Notes under the pieces: generated by a model
What the model saw: only the letters and a program-made list of their open reading frames with translations
Database searches by the model: none
Told to the model about the DNA's origin: nothing
NCBI GenBank assembly: GCA_037443185.1
Contig: JBBIOV010000003.1
Span: 5,458-69,457 of the forward strand
Length of the DNA: 64,000 bases
Reading direction: 5' to 3'
Source of the DNA: a bacterium
GTDB lineage: Bacteria > Patescibacteriota > Minisyncoccia > 2-01-FULL-47-10 > JBBIMT01
Program-made: the position numbers and the translations under genes
Shown here: in pieces, positions 51,867-58,939 of the stretch
Layout of the letters: each line of letters begins with the position of its first letter
Numbering within the stretch: the first letter of the stretch is position 1

Positions 51867-52430
51867 ATGAATCTTATTTTTGGCCTTGGCAATTCCGGAA
51901 AACAATATGAAAAAACTCCGCATAACGCCGGCTTTTTAGTTTTGGACCAAATTGTTAAGATTTTGGATCTTGGCACTTTCAAAAAAAAGTTTGCCAACTC
52001 GTTTTTTATAAAAACAAAATATCAAGGTAAAGATTTTATTTTAATAAAACCATTAACTTATATGAATAATTCCGGTTTAGTAGTGCTAAAGTTTAAAAAT
52101 TTTTATAAAGAAAAAAATGAAAATTTAACGATTATTCATGATGATATTGATTTGCCTTTTGGTTCTTTTAAGCAATCTTTTCAGGCAGGATCAGCCGGGC
52201 ATAAAGGAGTTCAATCGATTATTGATGCTTTAGGCAACAATGACTTTTATCGGTTGCGAATTGGTATTTGCCCTTATCAAAAACCTGACGATTTGGAAAA
52301 TTATGTAATACAAAAAATTCCAAAAGCATATGAGGATATTTTTTTCAAAAGCATTAATAATGCCGCTTATTTTATTCTTGAAAAATTAATAGGCTTTCAG
52401 CGAGTTCTTTCGCGTAAGCCTTCAGGTTAA
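51867..52430 (+). CDS. pth: Peptidyl-tRNA hydrolase
   Basis: GLGN.G..Y..TPHNAGF, KPLTYMNNSG, HDDID, GHKGVQS and RLRIGI motifs. Confidence 0.95.
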   Translation: MNLIFGLGNSGKQYEKTPHNAGFLVLDQIVKILDLGTFKKKFANSFFIKTKYQGKDFILIKPLTYMNNSGLVVLKFKNFYKEKNENLTIIHDDIDLPFGSFKQSFQAGSAGHKGVQSIIDALGNNDFYRLRIGICPYQKPDDLENYVIQKIPKAYEDIFFKSINNAAYFILEKLIGFQRVLSRKPSG

Positions 52431-52545
52431 GTGACGGAAATTTCCGGCTTACCCCGAAATTCAAGGGTACTAACCGAGCTTTTAGGAGGGATCACTCGAT
52501 TTTTCCCCACTTACGCGAAAGAACCCACTAAAAGCCATTTTTTGT
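52392..52545 (-). ncRNA. Candidate structured non-coding RNA (unassigned family)
   Basis: 27-bp closing stem (52536-52510 with 52418-52392) whose three imperfections are all G.U on the minus strand, internal hairpins, and a dedicated consensus promoter. Confidence 0.7.
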
Positions 52546-52551
52546 AAAAAT

Positions 52552-52580
52552 ATTATAACAATTTTTCTATAAAAAGTCAA
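52552..52580 (-). promoter_or_regulatory. Near-consensus sigma70 promoter of the candidate ncRNA
   Basis: TTGACT-17 nt-TATAAT with extended -10 TGn. No sizeable ORF follows. Confidence 0.75.
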
Positions 52581-52964
52581 TACTTATTATTTATTTAAGG
52601 TGTAATTATATAAAATTAAACGAAAACTTCTAGAGACTTGTAGATAAGTTAATCTTTAAAATTTTACTAAGAAAATTAGGCTTTAAAATTATACAATATT
52701 GACGAAATCAAATATTTTTAAAATTTTTTTTTCCACTCATCTAAGTGATCGCAAAAATAGTGGAAAATTTTATTGTAGAATTTACAATAATTTTTATTAA
52801 GGGATTTAAAAAGGCTATCTTTATTTATTGCGCAATTTTTATCTCAATAAAAATCGCTTATATGGGAAAATTAGACTGAATTTTTAAGCAATTTTTATTC
52901 TTTTTGACTGCTTTATTGTTAAATGATTTTTTTGAAAAAAATCGTATTTTTTAGATTAAAAATA

Positions 52965-53004
52965 AAATAAATAAGGCCGATGTGAATATTCGCACCGGCC
53001 TTAT
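52965..53004 (-). terminator. Intrinsic terminator of gene 53024-54625
   Basis: ATAAGGCCGGTGCGAA/TTCACATCGGCCTTAT stem followed by TTATTTT. Confidence 0.7.
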
Positions 53005-53023
53005 CGGTTTCGTGAAAGAACTA

Positions 53024-54625
53024 CTATGGAATTGTGCCTGCTGGGACATTACCCCAGGTTTCTATCCCGTTTATTTCTGTCCGAACATTGCGGAGTCTGT
53101 ACCCTGCAACTTTTGAACAAGAGAAAATGTTTTCTCCAATCATCTGACAAGTATTTTCATAATTGGCTTTTTGCCCTTGATTCGGATTAACCGAATCAAA
53201 CTGGACTAAAACCAACCAATACACCCTAATACCCTGTAAGCATAATTTGACAACAAGCTCGCCGGCTCGATAAGCGCTACCTTGCTCAGATAGCTTAATA
53301 ACCGGAACAAGGTAGGTGCCTTTATTGGTTTTGGTCAGGCCGTCTAGACAATCAGCTTGATAAGGCTGACTCTTGTTTTTGTTAAAACATCCAAGATCCC
53401 GAATACAAATTCCACCTTCTCCCATTGTTAGAAAATCATAAATCTTAAAAAACCTACTTAAAAATCTATCCAAGATGGCAATTTGGTTGCCAAATTGGAT
53501 TTCAAGGTCGTTGAATTGTAAGTTGAACTGGAGGGCGTATTCTCGTATCGCCCGACGCAGTTGAGCTAACTCATCATTGAGCCTAATAATTTCGGCTCTA
53601 TCGAGCTCGACTTTGCTTGATAATTCTTTAATCTCTGTCAAAATGCCAGAAATTTTAGAATTAATCAAACCGATTTGCCTGTCAAGTTCGTTAAGCCGAC
53701 TATTCTGAACTTTGTTATACTCAAGGGCCAAATTAGCACTCGTTTGCGCCGTTTGCGCAAGCGACTTAGCCTCGCTTGCTGTAGCACTAACAGTTGTTGC
53801 CAACTGCTTAGCGCTTTCAGCAATATCTTTGACGCCATTAAAGGCGCCAAGAAGATAGAGGACACCGCTAAAAGCTAACAATCCGATAAGAGAAAGAAGC
53901 CAAATAACTTTCTTGTCCCACCCGTGATCATTACTTCTGTCTCTACTATCATCAATAGATGTTCCTTCTGTTTGTGCAGCGCTAGAGACTACTTTATGTA
54001 TTTCTCCTATTTTCTCAGCAAGGCCGTCAATCTTTTGACCTTGCTTATTGATAGCTTCAGAAAGAGGCTTGATAGCCTCTTTAAAACCCTCTCCAATGAT
54101 TTTTCCAAGTTTGTCAAGTTGCCCAAAGTCATCATCTTCGGTAGTTTCGGTCGCCGGTATCTCAGGATGCTGCGCATACCGCTTCTGCATTTCCTCTTGC
54201 GTGGCTTTTTCTAGGTTAGTTGCAGCAACAGTTTTGTCGACTTCTTTCAACTTTTCCTCCTTTTGTTTAATTAACTTCATTCGTTGCCTTGGATTTTCTA
54301 AAAGTCTTTTTTGGCTCTTGGTTAGTCTCTTGGTTAGTTGAGTTGATGATCGTGCTTGTGACGAGCTAACGCCTTTCTCAAAAAACTCAGCAGAGTGGGC
54401 GACTCGTTTAAAATTATCCAAATGAAGCCTTAGAGTATCTAATTGACATTCTGAAATTTCTTGGTCATTTGGGAGATAAACGTGAGTCCTGAACCCTTTC
54501 TTTTTGGCTTCATCGATAATGCGCTGATACTCAGAAATCTGCTCAATTATCTTTTTTTTCTCTTCCTTTTCTTTTGATTCATTCTTATATTCCGTTTTGT
54601 CTTGATTCATAATAATATTGTTCAT
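53024..54625 (-). CDS. Hypothetical single-pass membrane protein with coiled-coil stalk and Cys-rich C-terminal domain
   Basis: 533-aa ORF with AGGAGG SD, one TM (VIWLLSLIGLLAFSGVLYLL), heptad repeats and six C-terminal Cys. Confidence 0.8.
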   Translation of the reverse strand: MNNIIMNQDKTEYKNESKEKEEKKKIIEQISEYQRIIDEAKKKGFRTHVYLPNDQEISECQLDTLRLHLDNFKRVAHSAEFFEKGVSSSQARSSTQLTKRLTKSQKRLLENPRQRMKLIKQKEEKLKEVDKTVAATNLEKATQEEMQKRYAQHPEIPATETTEDDDFGQLDKLGKIIGEGFKEAIKPLSEAINKQGQKIDGLAEKIGEIHKVVSSAAQTEGTSIDDSRDRSNDHGWDKKVIWLLSLIGLLAFSGVLYLLGAFNGVKDIAESAKQLATTVSATASEAKSLAQTAQTSANLALEYNKVQNSRLNELDRQIGLINSKISGILTEIKELSSKVELDRAEIIRLNDELAQLRRAIREYALQFNLQFNDLEIQFGNQIAILDRFLSRFFKIYDFLTMGEGGICIRDLGCFNKNKSQPYQADCLDGLTKTNKGTYLVPVIKLSEQGSAYRAGELVVKLCLQGIRVYWLVLVQFDSVNPNQGQKANYENTCQMIGENIFSCSKVAGYRLRNVRTEINGIETWGNVPAGTIP

Positions 54626-54839
54626 CCTTTCCTCCTTTTTGCTTGTTGTAGCTGTAACCTAACCTGCTTTGTTTAACGCTCCTTGTCCTCAATAATCTCA
54701 TGATTGACTTTTCTGTTTTTCTATCTTCTCTGTTTTTCTTGCGGGACCATATCCCCTCCTTCTTTAATGTAATTTGAATGTTAAAGAACTTTAAGATGAA
54801 ATTTTATAATTTTTTTTAAAATAGTCAATAGGTTAAGTA

Positions 54840-54980
54840 TCAAGGTCGGGCCTCGGTGTCAATTAAAAGGATAAACATTATTAAAAATGAGACCCAAAGA
54901 CGATGTAAATATTTTTTTAGTTTTGATTCTTTTTTAATGGTAGTTATCTCTGGTGTTTCTATGTTTAAATTTGAATCCAT
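54840..54980 (-). pseudogene. Short/truncated membrane-anchored gene ending in a REP-like sequence
   Basis: MDSNLNIETPEITTIKKESKLKKYLHRLWVSFLIMFILLIDTEARP*. The stop is supplied by GCCCGACCTTGA. Confidence 0.35.
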
Positions 54981-55161
54981 ATTTTTGTAATACCCTTTCA
55001 AAATTAAACTTCTTAAAAGGATATATTGTTTTAAAAAAGATAATTTTTATGCTCTTAAAATATTTTTTCAAGATTCTTTCTTTAACAATTTATCAACATA
55101 ATTATTAACAAGCGAAGATAAAAGAAATTTAAGAATTTATGATTTTGATTCCAATAATATT

Positions 55162-55419
55162 TTAACAGTTTTTTGATTTAATTAAACTCCAGACAGAGAT
55201 TATAGTAGGTTTTTTCCTTTCATATTTCATCATTACAAAAATTTTTTTCTTTTTTCCAAAATCTCGTGAATAATCTTTTGCTCCTTCTATAATTTTGAAA
55301 TTTTCAACTTTAGTTGGATGGTTTAAAATTTTAAAAATTTGTTTTTGGCTGATATTATAATAACGCATTTTTTCTTTTGCGTGGAGGGTGATAAAACTAT
55401 TTTTTAAACTGTATTTCAT
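55162..55419 (-). CDS. Small DUF4258/RelE-fold-like protein
   Basis: TLHAKEKM...IS...I..ILNHP N-terminus and IISVW C-terminus. Confidence 0.6.
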   Translation of the reverse strand: MKYSLKNSFITLHAKEKMRYYNISQKQIFKILNHPTKVENFKIIEGAKDYSRDFGKKKKIFVMMKYERKKPTIISVWSLIKSKNC

Positions 55420-55442
55420 ATTAATTTTTTACTATAAACATT

Positions 55443-56288
55443 TTAAGGCTCGAAAACTCCTTCTGATTTACTATTTATTGTTATTAAAACATCTTTTACA
55501 TTATCAAATTGTTTCAAAGTGTTTAATAATTGAGATTTTATTGCCATAACGCGACATGAACCGGCAACACCACGCATTAAACTTTCATCAAAATCTACTA
55601 ACAATTTACCTGTTTTATTATCGAGCGCTATTAGCTTGACATTGACATAATCTGGTAAAGAACTAAAGTAGCCTTTTTGTTGTTCTTCTTGAGTCGGTCC
55701 TGTCAATAAGAATCCTAATGCCGCATCAACGGTAGATATTTTTTGCGGGATGCGACGAATAACAGGATAAGTTTGGTCGCATTTAAGCGCTTTTGAATCT
55801 TTTATTTTGTTGCCAAAATAAATTTTAAGATTTGGCCCATCAAAAACCGGAAAATACACAGGTATGTCTACGGTATCAATTTCTGAACCATCTTTAGCAG
55901 AAATTTGAAAAACTTTTAATACTCCTTCTTTAGCATTGGTTTCGGGATAATAAATATTTTTTTCAAAATCACCATATTGTTCAACATCTGAAGCCTTAGT
56001 AGTGATAAATCCTTCAGTGATGATATTATTTTTATTATCACTTAAGCGATAAGAGAGCGTATTTTCAAAAACGCGGGCTTTGCCATTTAAATGTAAAGGA
56101 TATTCTGAAGTGTATTTTTGTGGAGAATTCACAATAATATTTGCTGTTTTTTGAGTAATGTCTGGCAAAATACTTTGTTGGGGACTTAAAAATAAAAATC
56201 CTAACAAAATAAAAGTTATAACAAGAGCAATAATAACTATTTTTTTTAAAAAATCAGTCATAATATTTATTTTTATGATGAATATCAA
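55443..56288 (-). CDS. Gmad2 Ig-like + GerMN domain protein
   Basis: GKARVFEN, SAKDGS, LLTGPT..E...GYFS and GSCRVMAIKSQ..TLKQF motifs. Confidence 0.85.
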   Translation of the reverse strand: MIFIIKINIMTDFLKKIVIIALVITFILLGFLFLSPQQSILPDITQKTANIIVNSPQKYTSEYPLHLNGKARVFENTLSYRLSDNKNNIITEGFITTKASDVEQYGDFEKNIYYPETNAKEGVLKVFQISAKDGSEIDTVDIPVYFPVFDGPNLKIYFGNKIKDSKALKCDQTYPVIRRIPQKISTVDAALGFLLTGPTQEEQQKGYFSSLPDYVNVKLIALDNKTGKLLVDFDESLMRGVAGSCRVMAIKSQLLNTLKQFDNVKDVLITINSKSEGVFEP

Positions 56289-56293
56289 ATATT

Positions 56294-57352
56294 TTAATTT
56301 TTGATGTATTTATTTTTTATTTCTTTGTGGAGCATAATTTTTTCGACGCTTTTTTCTAACTGATTAGCTCTTGTGGTTGATAGAATCTGATATTGTTTTC
56401 GAACACTTTCGAGTTTTTCGCCAAGTTTTAAGAATTCTACTTTATATTTTTCATATTGAGCCATAAATTGTTTTATTTGTTCAACAATTTCTCTAATATT
56501 TTCTTCAAAATGCAAATAGTCGTAAGATTGTTGAATAATACGCAACAGAGCTATGAAACTATAAGGTCCCGCTATAGCTACTTTTTTTTGCATTGCTTCT
56601 TCATGAATTTCAGGCATTTCTTCATAGATAAAACTATAAATACCTTCGTTTGGCACGAACATTACTACTAAATCAATTGTATTTTCTTCAGGATTTATAT
56701 AATCTCGCGAAGACACTTCTTTTAATTTTTGTTTCACCGATTGCAAAAAATCTGCTTTGGCGCGTTTACGATCTGTGTCGTTATTGGCTAAATAAAATCG
56801 TTCAAACGCGTCAAAAGGGAATTTTGCGTCAATATTCAATTTTTGGGAGTTTGGCAAAAAAATAGTCAAATCCGGACGCGTCTTGCTTGAGATAAGGGTT
56901 GTCTCTTTTTTATAAGTTACTCCTTCAACAAACCCCATTTTTTTTAAAAGATCTTCTGCAACTTTCTGACCAAAAGCGCCCCGAAGCCGATTATTGGATA
57001 AAAGAGATGTAAGATTATCCGTTGAAAGCTTTAACTCTTTAGTGATGGATTCGAAATTTTTTAATGATTGATCAATAGAACCAAAATGTATAGCGTGCTG
57101 ATTGGAAAATTCGTTTATCTGTTTTTCCAATTTTTCTATTGAAGAACTTACTTCTTTATTTCGTAGCTCAAGTTCTTTAGAAATAACTTCCTGTTTTCCG
57201 GCTAGTCCTTGTCCAATAATCTCTTTATAATTTTCTATTATGCTTTTAAGTCGTTGAAAAAACCATATCAAGGCAATAATAAAAATGGCGATAATAACAA
57301 GATTTTGTAAGAAGAATTGGTCTAAATTCATTTTAATATACTGAGGGCTCAA
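56294..57352 (-). CDS. rmuC: DNA recombination protein RmuC
   Basis: N-terminal TM, RGAFGQ, RPD...LP..IDAKFP and VMFVPNEG motifs. Confidence 0.9.
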   Translation of the reverse strand: MSPQYIKMNLDQFFLQNLVIIAIFIIALIWFFQRLKSIIENYKEIIGQGLAGKQEVISKELELRNKEVSSSIEKLEKQINEFSNQHAIHFGSIDQSLKNFESITKELKLSTDNLTSLLSNNRLRGAFGQKVAEDLLKKMGFVEGVTYKKETTLISSKTRPDLTIFLPNSQKLNIDAKFPFDAFERFYLANNDTDRKRAKADFLQSVKQKLKEVSSRDYINPEENTIDLVVMFVPNEGIYSFIYEEMPEIHEEAMQKKVAIAGPYSFIALLRIIQQSYDYLHFEENIREIVEQIKQFMAQYEKYKVEFLKLGEKLESVRKQYQILSTTRANQLEKSVEKIMLHKEIKNKYIKN

Positions 57353-57356
57353 TTTT

Positions 57357-57755
57357 TTAATGAAAGTTTAACTTCAGTTGGTATAAAATAGCTTTGGCTT
57401 TTTTAATGTCTTCTTGCATCTTTGCTTTTAATTTTTCTTCAGAATCAAATTTTTTTATATTGCTGACTTTTGCTATTAAATTCAAAAAAACTTTTTTACC
57501 ATAAATATCTTTGTCAAAATTAAAAATATATGTTTCTATTGTAGTTTTTTTTTCGTTGAAAGTTTCGTTTCTTCCAATGCTGGTGGCACTATTATAAAAA
57601 ACTCCATCTATTTCTATAATAGAAGCATAAACTCCTGATTCTAACCCAGTTTTTTCAAAAGATGATTTCTCTGGCTCAATATTGGCGGTTGGAAATCCTA
57701 ATTTTTTACCGCGCCCTTTTCCTTTAATTATAATGCCCTCAATAATATTATTCAT
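57357..57755 (-). CDS. Stand-alone riboflavin kinase
   Basis: GKGRGKKLGFPTANI, GVYA and ETYIFNFDKDIYG motifs; no adenylyltransferase domain. Confidence 0.9.
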   Translation of the reverse strand: MNNIIEGIIIKGKGRGKKLGFPTANIEPEKSSFEKTGLESGVYASIIEIDGVFYNSATSIGRNETFNEKKTTIETYIFNFDKDIYGKKVFLNLIAKVSNIKKFDSEEKLKAKMQEDIKKAKAILYQLKLNFH

Positions 57756-57996
57756 TTTGCAAAGCCTCCAAATACCATTTTAAATTTAAACTATCAAAAG
57801 CCAATTTGAAATAATTGGCATTATCAGTAACTTCAAGATAATAAATCACATTTTCTCCTTCACGTTTTTTATAAAATAATTCAATTTTATTAATGTGATA
57901 GCAATAACCGTTTAAATAAAAATATCTTGGCTTAATTAGCCCCTTTGGCTCAAACTCAACGAAAACTTTTATTGGCTGATGTAATTGTTGAAACAT
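57748..57996 (-). CDS. Small hypothetical protein downstream of lexA
   Basis: 82-aa beta-rich ORF (PIKV...KP.YF..NG..Y.I, F.L.FD...LKW.L). Confidence 0.7.
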   Translation of the reverse strand: MFQQLHQPIKVFVEFEPKGLIKPRYFYLNGYCYHINKIELFYKKREGENVIYYLEVTDNANYFKLAFDSLNLKWYLEALQNE

Positions 57997-58138
57997 TTTT
58001 TAAAATTATAGATATGATTTATAAATTCATTTACATTTACTTTATAAAAGACAAACTATAATTTTCAGATTATGCTTTTTGTTTTTATCATTGCTTGGAT
58101 ATAACCATCCTTAGCAACTTTAATAACTTTTCTGTTCA

Positions 58139-58753
58139 TTAATACTTTCTAAAAACTGCTCTAACGACTCCTTGAATATCTGCTTTTCTAACAAAGATAG
58201 GTTCCATTGAAGGATTTTCTGGTTGAAGTCTGATTAGTTTTCTTTTTAAATCAATATGGATTGTTTTTAAAGTAACTCTATCTTCTCCAATACGAGCAAC
58301 AACAACTTCTCCGTTTCTTGGTAAAACATTTTTCTCGCAAATAATAAAATCTCCATCAAAAATACCAGCATTTATCATTGAGTCTCCTTGAACTCTTAAA
58401 ACAAAATAATCTCTTTCTGGAGATAGCCCTAAATCTTGGGGTAAGGTAATAGTTTCTTGTTGTTCGTACATTGTTAAAGGATGTCCTGCCCGTACCTCTC
58501 CAACAAGTGATAAAGTCCAAGAAGCGCCTGAACGATAAAATTTCTCAGAGATAGTTATAAGTCCTGTTATTTTATCTTGAACAAGATAGCCTTTTTCTTT
58601 TAATCTTTTAATATGCTGCCAAATAGTAGCCGGAGAAGATAATCCTATTTCGCGACCTATTTGACGATAACTAGGAACATAGCCGTTTTCTTCTATGCAT
58701 CTTACAATAATATCTAAAATTCTTTTTTGTTTTTGGGTTAATGGCGCAAGCAT
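58139..58753 (-). CDS. lexA: SOS repressor LexA
   Basis: LTQKQ..IL, PSYRQI and SPATI wHTH, Ala-Gly cleavage site (VRAGHP), catalytic Ser (GDSM) and Lys (TLK). Confidence 0.95.
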   Translation of the reverse strand: MLAPLTQKQKRILDIIVRCIEENGYVPSYRQIGREIGLSSPATIWQHIKRLKEKGYLVQDKITGLITISEKFYRSGASWTLSLVGEVRAGHPLTMYEQQETITLPQDLGLSPERDYFVLRVQGDSMINAGIFDGDFIICEKNVLPRNGEVVVARIGEDRVTLKTIHIDLKRKLIRLQPENPSMEPIFVRKADIQGVVRAVFRKY

Positions 58754-58794
58754 ATTTTCATTTGATTTACTGTATTGTTGGTTTATCAAATAAA

Positions 58795-58823
58795 AGTATA
58801 AGCGAACAAAAAACGAATGTCAA
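58795..58823 (-). promoter_or_regulatory. lexA promoter with candidate LexA operator in the spacer
   Basis: TTGACA-17-TATACT, overlapped by the direct repeat ATTC-N7-GTTC (58818-58804). Confidence 0.7.
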
Positions 58824-58939
58824 GATTGTTGACCTTCCTTTTTAAAAAAGTCCACAAAAGACTGAATCTAAAAGAAAACAAAATCCTCTTTTAGGAGATC
58901 GGATTTGATATGAACAATATATTATTTAAAAATATTATC

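Noticed and set aside
52405-52430. Hammerhead ribozyme core (CUGAAGG...GAAA on minus strand)
   Set aside because: It lacks the invariant A of CUGANGA, and the segment is sequestered in the 27-bp closing stem.
52392-52536. Simple terminator or SRP RNA explanation for the inverted repeat
   Set aside because: The ~90-nt structured interior, minus-strand wobble bias and dedicated promoter do not fit a pth terminator. The SRP helix-8 motif is not present.
52730-52768. TTTTCCACT...AGTGGAAAA inverted repeat in the 52580-52965 intergenic gap
   Set aside because: Short, AT-rich and without supporting context, so it could arise by chance.
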